Of a stretch of DNA of 58,320 nucleotides, positions 1-9,833 are shown in pieces; position 1 is the stretch's first letter, and the number at the start of each line of letters is the position of its first letter. Below the pieces are notes generated by a model. That model ran no database searches and was not told the DNA's origin. It saw nothing but the letters and a program-made list of their open reading frames with translations. Source of the DNA: Actinomycetota bacterium. Its GTDB lineage: Bacteria; Actinomycetota; Actinomycetes; S36-B12; UBA5976. The DNA is taken from assembly GCA_026393095.1 (NCBI GenBank), contig JAPLAV010000102.1, positions 1 to 58,320 of the forward strand, written 5' to 3'. A program made the position numbers and the translations under genes.

Positions 1-519
1 CTTGGCACTCCTGTAGAAGATTCAGTTGCAAATATTTTGACAGCGCAAATGTTGGTACTTGCTGCTGAAGATCCAGAAAAAGATATTTATCTATATATAA
101 ATTCACCAGGTGGATCAATTTCAGCTGGTATGGCAATTTATGACACCATGCAATACATTCCAAATGATGTTGCAACAGTTGCAATGGGACTTGCTGCATC
201 AATGGGTCAATTCTTACTTTCAGCTGGAGCAAAAGGAAAGCGTTATGCCCTTCCTCATGCTCGCATCATGATGCATCAACCATCAGGTGGAATTGGCGGA
301 ACTGCTTCTGATATTAAAATTCAAGCTGAGCAAATGTTGCACATTAAAAAACAAATGGCTCGCTTAATTGCTGAACACACAGGTCAAACCGCAGATCAAA
401 TTGAACAAGATTCTGATCGTGACCGCTGGTTCACAGCAGATGATGCAAAAGTTTATGGTTTTGTTGACAAAGTAGTTAGATCAGCAAGTGATGTCACAGG
501 ACACGGAGGAACAAGATAA
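1..519 (+). CDS. clpP: ATP-dependent Clp protease proteolytic subunit ClpP1 (5' end cut by window edge)
   Basis: Frame 1 is open from nt 1 ([13 protein letters not shown] precedes the track Met at 37). ClpP active-site contexts GLAASMG and MMHQPSGG are present. It is the first of two tandem clpP genes followed by clpX. Confidence 0.93.
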   Translation, partial: LGTPVEDSVANILTAQMLVLAAEDPEKDIYLYINSPGGSISAGMAIYDTMQYIPNDVATVAMGLAASMGQFLLSAGAKGKRYALPHARIMMHQPSGGIGGTASDIKIQAEQMLHIKKQMARLIAEHTGQTADQIEQDSDRDRWFTADDAKVYGFVDKVVRSASDVTGHGGTR

Positions 520-1161
520 ATGAAAATTGAAAATATTGTTTCCTCTAAATTAAATCCTCAATCTCGCTATATTCTTCCTGAATTCAGAGAAAGAACTGCC
601 AATGGCGAAAGAGTTCATAATCCATACACCAAATTATTTGAAGAAAGAATTATTTTTCTAGGAGTACAAATTGACGATGCCTCAGCAGATGATGTGATGG
701 CACAGCTCCTTGTTTTGGAATCATTAGATCCAGAACGCGATATTTCTATGTATATAAATTCTCCAGGTGGTTCTTACACTGCAATGACTGCAATTTATGA
801 CACCATGCAATTTATTAAACCTCAGATTCAAACAATTTGTTTAGGACAAGCTGCATCTGCTGCATCAGTAATTCTTGCTGCAGGTTCTCCTGGAAAAAGA
901 TTTGCTCTTCCTCATGCTCGAATTTTGATTCACCAACCTTATACAGAAGGTGGCGGTCAAGGTTCTGACATTGAAATTCAAGCTAACGAAATTTTGAGAA
1001 TGCGTGCTGAGATGGAAGGCATCTTTGCTAAGCACACTGGAAAGAAAATTGAAGAAATCCAAAAAGATATTGAAAGAGACAAAATCTTGACCGCAGAAGA
1101 TGCTCAAAAATATGGCATCATCGATCAAGTTATTGCTTCTCGTAAATCAGTCCAGAAATAA
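520..1161 (+). CDS. clpP: ATP-dependent Clp protease proteolytic subunit ClpP2
   Basis: The ATG abuts the clpP1 stop (TAAATG). ClpP motifs GQAASAAS and ILIHQP are present. The ClpP1/ClpP2 paralogue pair is typical of Actinobacteria. Confidence 0.93.
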   Translation: MKIENIVSSKLNPQSRYILPEFRERTANGERVHNPYTKLFEERIIFLGVQIDDASADDVMAQLLVLESLDPERDISMYINSPGGSYTAMTAIYDTMQFIKPQIQTICLGQAASAASVILAAGSPGKRFALPHARILIHQPYTEGGGQGSDIEIQANEILRMRAEMEGIFAKHTGKKIEEIQKDIERDKILTAEDAQKYGIIDQVIASRKSVQK

Positions 1162-1303
1162 ATAGTTTTTAATTTTTGTTCGCTGATTGTGAACACAATG
1201 CCTGATTTCACATAAATAAACCCAGTTTTGTGGGTGACTCAAGGTAGCGTTTAGCGAACTAACACATTTTAATTCGTCAACATAAAAGAGAGCGGTAACC
1301 AAA

Positions 1304-2578
1304 ATGGCAAGACTTGGTGAAGGTACCGATCCATTAAAATGTTCATTTTGCGGTAAAGGTCAAAAGCAAGTTAAGAAATTAATTGCAGGACCTGGTGTTT
1401 ATATTTGTGATGAATGTATTGAATTATGTAATGAAATTATTGATGAAGAGTTACAAGAGACTACTGATTTACCTTTTGAAGAATTACCTAAACCAAAAGA
1501 AATTTATGCCTTCTTAAATAATTATGTAATTGGGCAAGAGCATGCGAAGAAATCTTTATCGGTTGCCGTTTATAACCATTACAAACGTGTGCAAGCTGGA
1601 GCAACAGATCGACCAAAAGATGATTTAGTTGAATTAGCAAAATCTAATATTTTATTACTTGGACCTACTGGTTCTGGAAAAACATTACTTGCTCAAACCT
1701 TAGCCAGATTATTAAATGTTCCTTTTGCCATAGCCGATGCCACTGCTTTAACAGAAGCTGGTTATGTCGGTGAAGATGTTGAAAATATTTTATTGAAATT
1801 AATCCAAGCAGCAGATTATGACGTTAAAAAAGCAGAAACTGGAATTATCTATATAGACGAAATTGATAAAATTGCTCGAAAGAGTGAGAACCCATCAATT
1901 ACTCGTGATGTAAGTGGTGAAGGTGTGCAACAAGCTTTATTGAAAATTTTAGAAGGAACTACTGCATCTGTTCCTCCACAAGGTGGAAGAAAACATCCTC
2001 ATCAAGAATTTATTCAAATTGATACCAGCAATGTGCTATTTATTGTCGGTGGAGCTTTTGCCGGATTAGATAAAATTATTGAATCAAGAATTGGTAGAAA
2101 ATCATTAGGTTTCACCGCAGATTTTAGTGCTGAAGAAAATACCAACCCAGGAGATATTTTTGGCAAAGTTATGCCAGAAGATCTTTTGAAATTTGGCATG
2201 ATTCCAGAATTTATTGGTCGACTTCCAGTTATCACAAGTGTTACTGCATTAAGCGAAGAAGCATTAATGCAAGTACTAGTTGAACCTAAGAATGCATTAG
2301 TTCGTCAATATGAAAGATTATTTGGTTTAGACAACGTTGAATTAGAAATAACTGAAGATGCACTTCGTGCTGTGGCAGAATTAGCACATTTGCGTGGAAC
2401 AGGTGCGCGAGGATTGCGTGCCATCATGGAAGAAGTTTTATTAAATGTTATGTATGACATTCCAAGTAGAGCAGATATTGGCAAAGTAGTGGTGAATAGA
2501 GATACTGTTTTGGATAATGTAAATCCAACTTTGGTTCCTCGAAAAGTAGTAACTGAACCTGAAGAGAAATCAGCTTAA
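1304..2578 (+). CDS. clpX: ATP-dependent Clp protease ATP-binding subunit ClpX
   Basis: N-terminal C4 zinc finger (CSFCGK...CDEC), Walker A GPTGSGKT and Walker [10 protein letters not shown]. It follows clpP1P2. Confidence 0.96.
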   Translation: MARLGEGTDPLKCSFCGKGQKQVKKLIAGPGVYICDECIELCNEIIDEELQETTDLPFEELPKPKEIYAFLNNYVIGQEHAKKSLSVAVYNHYKRVQAGATDRPKDDLVELAKSNILLLGPTGSGKTLLAQTLARLLNVPFAIADATALTEAGYVGEDVENILLKLIQAADYDVKKAETGIIYIDEIDKIARKSENPSITRDVSGEGVQQALLKILEGTTASVPPQGGRKHPHQEFIQIDTSNVLFIVGGAFAGLDKIIESRIGRKSLGFTADFSAEENTNPGDIFGKVMPEDLLKFGMIPEFIGRLPVITSVTALSEEALMQVLVEPKNALVRQYERLFGLDNVELEITEDALRAVAELAHLRGTGARGLRAIMEEVLLNVMYDIPSRADIGKVVVNRDTVLDNVNPTLVPRKVVTEPEEKSA

Positions 2579-3294
2579 GCTAATTCTACTTTCACTTTTA
2601 TATCTGAATCAGACACATTTAATTTCAAATCTTTAATATTTCCCGCAGCAATTAAGTCTTTTTGAGCATCTTTTACTTGTTCGATGACTTCAGCTTTTGC
2701 CCAGATTTCTAAAGTTTTTACTTCAGCTTTCATTGATTGCTTATTTTCTGTTTTTACTTTTCTAACCTCACTAAGAATCCAAGTCACATTATTTAATGGA
2801 TCAAGTCCTATGGATTTATTGGTGATAATTTCAGATGATTTTGGCCAACTTTGTAAATGAATTGAACCTTCTTGCCACCACGACCAAACTTCTTCTGCCA
2901 CAAATGGAATAAACGGAGCAAATAGCTTTAACAAAGTATGAGTGGTAATTCCGAGGGCTGCACGTGCAGAATTGGCAGCAGCTTCTCCTTGGTTTCCATA
3001 GGTGCGCTCTTTAACAAGTTCTACATAGTCATCAGTAAATGCCCAGAAGAAAGTTTCTGCCACCTCTAAAGCTCTGGTGTAGTCATATTTGTTAAAAGAT
3101 GATGTGGCAGTTTCAACAACTTGAGCCAATTTATTTAACAAAGCATGATCTACAGCTTGTGTGACATCAGCACTATTTAATGTGGCATTAAGACTCAAAC
3201 TGAACTTGCTGGCATTAAGTAATTTGATGGCAAGCCTTTTTCCAATTTTCATCTGCCCGGTATCAAATGCGGTATCTGTGCCAGGTCTTCCCAT
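2575..3294 (-). CDS. valS: Valine--tRNA ligase, C-terminal part (anticodon-binding helical domain plus coiled-coil tail); same frame as 3328..5145, separated only by TAG plus 11 sense codons
   Basis: Reading through the TAG gives [25 protein letters not shown], which is co-linear with full-length ValRS. The C-terminal [19 protein letters not shown] resembles a coiled-coil tail. Confidence 0.85.
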   Translation of the reverse strand: MGRPGTDTAFDTGQMKIGKRLAIKLLNASKFSLSLNATLNSADVTQAVDHALLNKLAQVVETATSSFNKYDYTRALEVAETFFWAFTDDYVELVKERTYGNQGEAAANSARAALGITTHTLLKLFAPFIPFVAEEVWSWWQEGSIHLQSWPKSSEIITNKSIGLDPLNNVTWILSEVRKVKTENKQSMKAEVKTLEIWAKAEVIEQVKDAQKDLIAAGNIKDLKLNVSDSDIKVKVELA

Positions 3295-3327
3295 GGCTGC
3301 CCAATACCTAACAGCATCAGAACCGTA

Positions 3328-5145
3328 CTATTCTAATAAATCAATTGGAGTGACAACATTTCCTTTTGACTTACTCATTTTCTTTCGATCTGGATCAAGA
3401 ATCCAACCGCTGATGCTTGCGTTTTTCCAAGGTAATGAGTTTTCTTCTAAATGACTTCTTACTACAGTTGAAAATAACCAAGTCCTAATAATTTCATGAG
3501 ATTGTGGTCGCAAATCCATCGGAAATACGCGATTGAAAAGATCGTTATCTAATTCCCATGAAGCAGCAATTTGAGGAGTTAAAGAAGAAGTAGCCCAGGT
3601 ATCCATAACATCTGGATCACCCATAAAACCATTTGGTTTATTTCTTTGCGATTCATCAAACCCAATTGGAGCTTCACTTTGCGGATCAATTGGTAATTGG
3701 TTTTCATCAGGAACAATTATTTGGCCATAATCAGGATTTCCCTCTGCATCTAATTTGTACCAAAGGGGAAGTGGGACTCCAAAAAATCTTTGACGAGAAA
3801 TTAACCAGTCACCATTTAATCCTTCAACCCAATTTTCATATCGAACTTTCATATATTCAGGATGCCAGTTAAGTTCAGTTCCTCTTTTTAATAATTTCAT
3901 TCTTAATTCTTGGTCTCTACCGCCATTGCGGATGTACCACTGTCTAGTAGTAACTATTTCTAAAGGTTTGTCACCTTTTTCAAAGAATTTAACAGCATGA
4001 GTAATTGGTTTAGGATCTCCAACTAAATCACCAGTTGCTTTTAATTCAGCAACTAAAACTTCTCGTGCTGTGTGTGAAGTTTTGCCCACAATTTTTTCAA
4101 AAGTTTGTTTTGCTTTTTCGGTGGTTAACCATTCAGGATTTTCAGCAACAATTCGACCATCCCAACCAATTAAGCCTCTGGTTGGCAAATCAAATTCTCT
4201 CCACCAAATAACATCTGTTAAATCACCAAATGTACAAATCATGGCAATACCACTTCCTTTTTCAGGATCAGCTAATTGGTGTGCCACAACTGGAACTTCT
4301 ACATCAAAAAGAGGTGTGGTTACAGTTTTGCCAAATAATTCTTTGTAGCGATCATCATCAGGATTGGCAACTAGTGCAACACATGATGGAAGTAGTTCTG
4401 GTCTGGTTGTTTCAATGTAAACGTTTTCCCCATTTTGTTTCTTAAAACCAATTTTGTGAAATGCTCCAGGTCTTTCTCTATCTTCTAGTTCTGCTTGAGC
4501 AACTGCTGTTCTGAAGGTGACATCCCAAAGCGTTGGAGCTTCTGCCTGGTAAGCCTCACCTCTTTTTAAGTTTCTTAAAAATGCACGCTGCGATACCGTT
4601 CTAGCTCTTTTATCAATTGTTTGATACGTGTAATTCCAATCAATTGATAAACCCAAAGTTTGGAATAAAGATTCAAAGACTTTTTCATCTTCTAGCGTTA
4701 ATTTTTCACACAACTCCACGAAATTCTTTCTTGAGATTGGAATTTGTTTTTCACAAGGTTCATTTGGCGCAACAAAATTGGCGTCGAAGGGGAGTGTTGG
4801 TTCGCAGCGCACTCCAAAATAGTTTTGTACTCGTCTTTCAGTTGGTAATCCATTGTCATCCCAACCAATTGGATAGAAAACTTTTTTACCAGTCATCCTT
4901 TGATATCGAGCAATTAAATCTGTGTGAGTATAAGAAAAGACGTGTCCTACGTGAAGTGATCCACTAACTGTTGGAGGAGGAGTGTCTATGGAATAGACAT
5001 TTTCCTTGGCAGCAGTTTTGTCGAAAGCGAAAGTTTTGTTCTGCACCCAAGAATTTCCCCATTTGCCCTCAACGCCATCAAGTGCTGGTTTTTCTGGTAC
5101 GCGTGGGTAACGTGCAGATTCAGTCATAGCGGCAATCTTATGCAA
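3328..5145 (-). CDS. valS: Valine--tRNA ligase, N-terminal part (catalytic core, editing insertion, KMSKS), ended by an in-frame TAG at 3328-3330
   Basis: HIGH-type motif [13 protein letters not shown] and [17 protein letters not shown] at the C-terminal end. The track start 5145 is TTG. An ATG at 5127 ([14 protein letters not shown]) is the more likely start. Confidence 0.9.
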   Translation of the reverse strand: MHKIAAMTESARYPRVPEKPALDGVEGKWGNSWVQNKTFAFDKTAAKENVYSIDTPPPTVSGSLHVGHVFSYTHTDLIARYQRMTGKKVFYPIGWDDNGLPTERRVQNYFGVRCEPTLPFDANFVAPNEPCEKQIPISRKNFVELCEKLTLEDEKVFESLFQTLGLSIDWNYTYQTIDKRARTVSQRAFLRNLKRGEAYQAEAPTLWDVTFRTAVAQAELEDRERPGAFHKIGFKKQNGENVYIETTRPELLPSCVALVANPDDDRYKELFGKTVTTPLFDVEVPVVAHQLADPEKGSGIAMICTFGDLTDVIWWREFDLPTRGLIGWDGRIVAENPEWLTTEKAKQTFEKIVGKTSHTAREVLVAELKATGDLVGDPKPITHAVKFFEKGDKPLEIVTTRQWYIRNGGRDQELRMKLLKRGTELNWHPEYMKVRYENWVEGLNGDWLISRQRFFGVPLPLWYKLDAEGNPDYGQIIVPDENQLPIDPQSEAPIGFDESQRNKPNGFMGDPDVMDTWATSSLTPQIAASWELDNDLFNRVFPMDLRPQSHEIIRTWLFSTVVRSHLEENSLPWKNASISGWILDPDRKKMSKSKGNVVTPIDLLE

Positions 5146-5165
5146 TACATAAGATTGAAAAAATC

Positions 5166-6485
5166 ATGGTCAATTCAGACGTCATGTCAGCGCTAGCTTC
5201 GCGCTGGCCCGAGAACAAAATAAATCCTTCATTGGATAGAATCAAACTTTTGTTGGACTATTTGGGAAATCCACAAGATGGCTTGAAAGTCATTCATATA
5301 GCTGGAACCAATGGCAAAACCAGTACTTCTCGCATGGTTGAAAGATTATTGAGGGCTTTGGATTTGCGTACTGGTTTGTTTACAAGTCCGCATTTGAATC
5401 ACCCGCGCGAAAGAATTTCAATTGATGGATCTCCCATAAGTGTTAACAATTTTGAAGAAATTTATAGACATGTTGAACCTTTTCTTGGCTTAGTAGATGA
5501 GCAAATCTCTGATTCTCCTTTAACTTTCTTTGAAGTCTTAACTGCTATGTCATTTGTTTCTTTTGCTGACACTCCCGTTGATGCAGTTTCTTTAGAGGTT
5601 GGAATGGGTGGAAGTTGGGATGCAACAAATGTTTTAACGCCCATGGTTTCAGTTATTACTCCGATTGATTTAGACCACCAAGAGTATTTAGGTAACACCA
5701 TAGAAAAAATAGCTCAAGAAAAAGCAGGAATTATCAAAAGTGAAATTCCAGTTATTGTATCAAATCAAACAAAAGAAGCGGCGAAAGTCATTTTGGCAAA
5801 AGCTATTGAAAACAACTCTCCAATTATGCGTGAAGGAATTGAGCTAGATGTATTAGAAAGATCAGTTGGAATTGGTGGGCAGCAATTAACTATTGCTAAT
5901 CCTTACGGAACACATTCTGAACTTTTTCTACCACTATTTGGAAAGCATCAAGCTTCCAATGCTGCAGTTGCCTTAACAGCAGTTGAAGCATTTATTGATC
6001 GACAAATTGATCATGATTTAGTGCAAGAAGCGTTTGCTGAATTTAGTTCTCCAGGAAGATTACAAATTCTAAAAAGAAATCCAACCATCGTTATTGACGC
6101 TGCTCATAATCCTGCTGGGATCAGAGCAACCAAACAAGGAATTAATGAATCATTTCAATTCGATAATCTGATTTTGATTCTTGCTTTCATGGGAGACAAA
6201 GACATTGATCAAATATTGGAAGAGTTAAAAGGCTTTGCCCAAATTGTGATTTTGACTCAAACAAAATCTGCCCGTGCCCTATCCATACAAGATTTGGAAA
6301 AGAAAGTAAGAAATATTTCTCAATTTGCTAACCGAGTAGAAGTAAGTGATAATTCAGAAGAAGCAATAAAGCTAGCAACAAAGTTGGCAAACGAAGTTGG
6401 AAATTCAGCCGGAATAATTGCTCTTGGATCAGTAGTTTTGGCAGGAGAAGTTGGTTCTTTGTTAAAAGGTGGTAAAAACAATTGA
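5166..6485 (+). CDS. folC: Folylpolyglutamate synthase / dihydrofolate synthase
   Basis: Mur-ligase P-loop HIAGTNGKTST. It lies next to valS and before the small membrane gene and ndk, as in other Actinobacteria. Confidence 0.9.
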   Translation: MVNSDVMSALASRWPENKINPSLDRIKLLLDYLGNPQDGLKVIHIAGTNGKTSTSRMVERLLRALDLRTGLFTSPHLNHPRERISIDGSPISVNNFEEIYRHVEPFLGLVDEQISDSPLTFFEVLTAMSFVSFADTPVDAVSLEVGMGGSWDATNVLTPMVSVITPIDLDHQEYLGNTIEKIAQEKAGIIKSEIPVIVSNQTKEAAKVILAKAIENNSPIMREGIELDVLERSVGIGGQQLTIANPYGTHSELFLPLFGKHQASNAAVALTAVEAFIDRQIDHDLVQEAFAEFSSPGRLQILKRNPTIVIDAAHNPAGIRATKQGINESFQFDNLILILAFMGDKDIDQILEELKGFAQIVILTQTKSARALSIQDLEKKVRNISQFANRVEVSDNSEEAIKLATKLANEVGNSAGIIALGSVVLAGEVGSLLKGGKNN

Positions 6486-6811
6486 GAGCATTAGGTTCAT
6501 CTGTTTTAGCTTTCGAGATAATCGTTTCATTACTTTTTATTCCAACAGCAATACAAGAATCCAGCATTAGTACTTCCAACATTTTGGCCATTGCATTTGG
6601 ACAAATACTTCTTGCAATTCTGGCAATGGGCACCTTGGGGAAAAGCTTTGGGATCTATTTGGGTTATTTAACTCAAGTATCATTGATCGGTTCAGGTTTT
6701 GTTGTTTCTTGGATGTTTGTCTTAGGACTCATTTTTCTGGGTCTTTGGATAATGGCACTAAGAATTGGGCGAAGAACTGATGAGTTAAAGGCATCAAAGA
6801 AAGCCTCTTAG
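6482..6811 (+). CDS. Small integral membrane protein (DUF4233-like)
   Basis: The TTG start overlaps the folC stop (TTGA). It has three hydrophobic helices. It occupies the position of the conserved membrane gene between folC and ndk in mycobacteria. Confidence 0.65.
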   Translation: MRALGSSVLAFEIIVSLLFIPTAIQESSISTSNILAIAFGQILLAILAMGTLGKSFGIYLGYLTQVSLIGSGFVVSWMFVLGLIFLGLWIMALRIGRRTDELKASKKAS

Positions 6812-6859
6812 GTGAGTCTCAGTAGCATATAAATATTGAATGAATTGGAAGGAAATATT

Positions 6860-7270
6860 GTGAGCGAACGTTCCCTAGTGCTGGTAAAACCAGATGGCGT
6901 TAAACGCGGATTGATTGGTGAAGTTCTGAAAAGAATTGAAACCAAAGGCTGGAAAATAGTTGCCTTGGAATTAAGAAAGATTGATGAAAAAACTGCAGCA
7001 TCACATTATGCAGAACACGATGGAAAACCATTCTTTAAAGATTTAGTTTCATTCATTACCTCTTCACCCCTCTTAGCAGTTGTAATTGAAGGGCCAAATG
7101 CCATCGCAGGATGGCGTCAAATGATGGGTGCAACAAATCCGGCAAATGCATTGCCAGGAACCATCAGAGGCGACTTTGCAACCGAAACACAGAACAACGT
7201 CACTCACGGTTCTGACTCTCCTGAGTCTGCTGCGCGAGAGATTGCACTCTTCTTTCCAGGCTTGAAGTAA
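6860..7270 (+). CDS. ndk: Nucleoside diphosphate kinase
   Basis: [21 protein letters not shown] and active-site [11 protein letters not shown] 6860 is preceded by GGAAGGA and gives a 136-aa product. The track start TTG 6836 is probably too far upstream. Confidence 0.93.
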   Translation: MSERSLVLVKPDGVKRGLIGEVLKRIETKGWKIVALELRKIDEKTAASHYAEHDGKPFFKDLVSFITSSPLLAVVIEGPNAIAGWRQMMGATNPANALPGTIRGDFATETQNNVTHGSDSPESAAREIALFFPGLK

Positions 7271-7320
7271 TACTGCGTAATATAAGTAGTCAACACCAAC
7301 AAATAAAAAAGAGGAATTAA

Positions 7321-8355
7321 GTGGCTTTTTTTGGTAAAGGGTTCTTAGGCCGAGACTTGGCTGTGGATCTTGGTACAGCAAATACTTTAGTTTACGAACG
7401 CGGTCGCGGCATTGTGCTAAACGAACCATCTGTTGTTGCTATTAACCAAAATACTGGCGGAATTGTTGCAGTGGGTGCTGAAGCCAAAAGAATGGTTGGA
7501 AGAACTCCTGGAAACATTGTTGCCATTCGTCCACTTAAAGATGGTGTAATTGCAGATTTTGATACCACCGAAAGAATGCTTCGTTACTTTATTCAAAAAG
7601 TTCACAAACGCAGATTCTTAGCTAAACCACGTTTGGTCGTTTGTGTGCCAAGTGGAATTACTGGAGTTGAACAAAGAGCAGTTAAAGATGCAGGTTATGC
7701 AGCAGGTGCTCGCAAGGTTTACATAATTGAAGAACCAATGGCAGCAGCTATTGGTGCAGGACTGCCAATTCATGAACCAACCGGAAACATGGTGGTTGAT
7801 ATCGGTGGAGGTACAACTGAAGTTGCAGTTATCTCACTAGGAGGAGTTGTTACTTCACTATCTATTCGTACCGGTGGCGATGAATTAGATGATGCACTTA
7901 TCCAATTTGTTAAAAAAGAATATTCACTAATGCTTGGTGAAAGAACCGCAGAAGAAATTAAAACCACCGTTGGAACAGCATTTCCAACTCCAGATGAAAC
8001 ATCTGCTGAATTACGTGGACGAGATCTGGTAACAGGATTGCCTCGAACAATTGTTGTAACTGCAGAAGAAATCAGAAGAGCACTGGATGAACCATTAACT
8101 CGAATTGTTGACGCTGTTAAAACAACTCTTGATAGAACTCCACCAGAACTTTGCGGTGACATCATGGATCGCGGAATTGTGTTAACAGGTGGTGGTGCAT
8201 TACTTAAAGGATTAGATGAACGTTTGAGACACGAAACCGGAATGCCAGTAATTATTGCTGAACAACCATTGAATTGTGTTGTTATGGGTTCTGGAAAGTG
8301 CGTTGAAGAGTTTGAAGCTCTACAACAAGTATTGATCTCAGAACCACGCGGTTAA
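7321..8355 (+). CDS. mreB: Rod shape-determining actin homologue MreB
   Basis: Actin-fold phosphate motifs DLGTANTLV and [12 protein letters not shown] start after GAGGA. Confidence 0.95.
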   Translation: MAFFGKGFLGRDLAVDLGTANTLVYERGRGIVLNEPSVVAINQNTGGIVAVGAEAKRMVGRTPGNIVAIRPLKDGVIADFDTTERMLRYFIQKVHKRRFLAKPRLVVCVPSGITGVEQRAVKDAGYAAGARKVYIIEEPMAAAIGAGLPIHEPTGNMVVDIGGGTTEVAVISLGGVVTSLSIRTGGDELDDALIQFVKKEYSLMLGERTAEEIKTTVGTAFPTPDETSAELRGRDLVTGLPRTIVVTAEEIRRALDEPLTRIVDAVKTTLDRTPPELCGDIMDRGIVLTGGGALLKGLDERLRHETGMPVIIAEQPLNCVVMGSGKCVEEFEALQQVLISEPRG

Positions 8356-8379
8356 CCGGGCAGATCGGCTGATTTTGCC

Positions 8380-9306
8380 GTGAGAGATTCCACCCGACTA
8401 AGAACAGTATTAGCAGTTCTTTTATTAATTTCCTTAACATTAGTTGCGCTTGAATTAAGAAGTTCTGGAGCAGGTTTCACTAAATCAATTAGAACAATAA
8501 GTTTCAACATAATTTCTCCATTCCAAAAATCAGCAAGATCTTTCACCGATTCTGTTCAAAATTTTGGTTCAACATGGCGAGAGATAAGAACTGCTCGTGA
8601 AAAAGTAAAAGACTTAGAAACAGAAAATCTAGATTTGAAAGAAAAATTAGCTAATACTGATGAAAATAGAAGACGAGCTGCAGAATTAGATGCGTTGTTA
8701 AAAATTGCAGGGCTAGGAACTTATGAAATAGTTCCAGCGCGAGTGATTGCAATTGGAGCAGGCCAAGATTATTCCTGGACAGTATCAATTGATGTTGGAT
8801 CAAAAGATGGCATAACTGCAGATATGTCGGTTATTTCAGGATCGGGATTAGTAGGGCGCACAATTTCGGTTGCCGAATCAACAACATTGGTTGCACTTTT
8901 AGCTGACCCATCTAGCAAAGTAGGCGCAAGAATTGGTGGAAAATCTGAACTTGGCTTTATTAGTGGAAATGGTTTACCTGGTGAATTAGAGTTTGAAATT
9001 TTTGATCCGTTGGCTGAAATTAAAGAAGGAGATCGAATTGTTACTTGGGGTTCTGAAGGTGGCAGCCCATTTGTTTCAGGTGTTCCTATTGGCGAAGTCA
9101 TTAGTGTTAAATCTGCTCCAGGGCTATTAACTAAAACTGCCAAAGTAAAACCTTATGTAAAACTCTCTACATTGGATTTAGTTAGCGTAGTTGTAGAGGC
9201 ACCCCGAATTGATCCACGTGATTCACTGCTTCCTCCAATGCCATTTACTCCCACCCCAACTCCTGCAATAACTGTTTCCCCAACACCTAGTCCGAGTCAA
9301 AATTAA
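8380..9306 (+). CDS. mreC: Rod shape-determining protein MreC
   Basis: N-terminal TM helix, coiled coil (EKVKDLETENLDLKEKL) and a Pro/Thr-rich tail. It directly follows mreB. Confidence 0.88.
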   Translation: MRDSTRLRTVLAVLLLISLTLVALELRSSGAGFTKSIRTISFNIISPFQKSARSFTDSVQNFGSTWREIRTAREKVKDLETENLDLKEKLANTDENRRRAAELDALLKIAGLGTYEIVPARVIAIGAGQDYSWTVSIDVGSKDGITADMSVISGSGLVGRTISVAESTTLVALLADPSSKVGARIGGKSELGFISGNGLPGELEFEIFDPLAEIKEGDRIVTWGSEGGSPFVSGVPIGEVISVKSAPGLLTKTAKVKPYVKLSTLDLVSVVVEAPRIDPRDSLLPPMPFTPTPTPAITVSPTPSPSQN

Positions 9307-9830
9307 TGAATATATATAAATACGTTGCGTTAATTTCAACTATTTTTCTTGCCGTTGTTTTCCAGCCAACTTTTTTTGCCAGACTTTCACTACCTGGGGC
9401 AACACCAGATTTAGTAATAGTCATGGTTTGTTGTTGGGCGGTTACAAAAGGACCTGAAGTTGGTGCCATTGCAGGTTTTCTAGCAGGATTCTTAATTGAT
9501 GTTGCACCTCCTGGTGCACATTTGATGGGAGTCGCATCAATAATTTTGGCCTTAATTGGTTATGCAATCGGAATTGTGGGAGGCGGACCAAGTAGATCAT
9601 TTACTAGACCACTTGTGATTTCTGGAGTTGGTGCCACCACATTTTTCTTATTCCGCACTATTTCTGGAGTCTTTGTTGGAAATGATATTTCGTTATATAA
9701 CTTTTCAATCAATTTCTTGACTCAAGGAATTTATGCAGCAGCCTTAGCAGTATTTGTATACCCTGGAATAACTTTCCTAGATAAAAAACTTGGTCCAGTT
9801 TCAAGATCTGATGAATTAAGGATGCAATAA
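9306..9830 (+). CDS. mreD: Rod shape-determining protein MreD
   Basis: 174-aa polytopic membrane protein. Its ATG overlaps the mreC stop (TAATG). It sits between mreC and PBP2. Confidence 0.8.
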   Translation: MNIYKYVALISTIFLAVVFQPTFFARLSLPGATPDLVIVMVCCWAVTKGPEVGAIAGFLAGFLIDVAPPGAHLMGVASIILALIGYAIGIVGGGPSRSFTRPLVISGVGATTFFLFRTISGVFVGNDISLYNFSINFLTQGIYAAALAVFVYPGITFLDKKLGPVSRSDELRMQ

Positions 9831-9833
9831 ATA

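Noticed and set aside
1178-1194. GTTCGC-TGATT-GTGAAC upstream of clpX as a ClgR-type operator
   Set aside because: It resembles the GTTCGC-N5-GCGAAC type site but has core mismatches, and clpX is not a classical ClgR target. It is too weak to call without a PWM scan.
3328-3330. TAG reassignment or pyrrolysine decoding as the explanation for the valS stop
   Set aside because: TAG terminates at least three other well-defined genes in this window at the expected protein ends. Nothing here suggests Pyl machinery.
7770-9143. 131-aa and 124-aa minus-strand ORFs (7770-8165 and 8769-9143)
   Set aside because: They are antisense shadows of mreB and mreC. The Ser/Pro/Thr-rich translations mirror the sense-strand codon bias.
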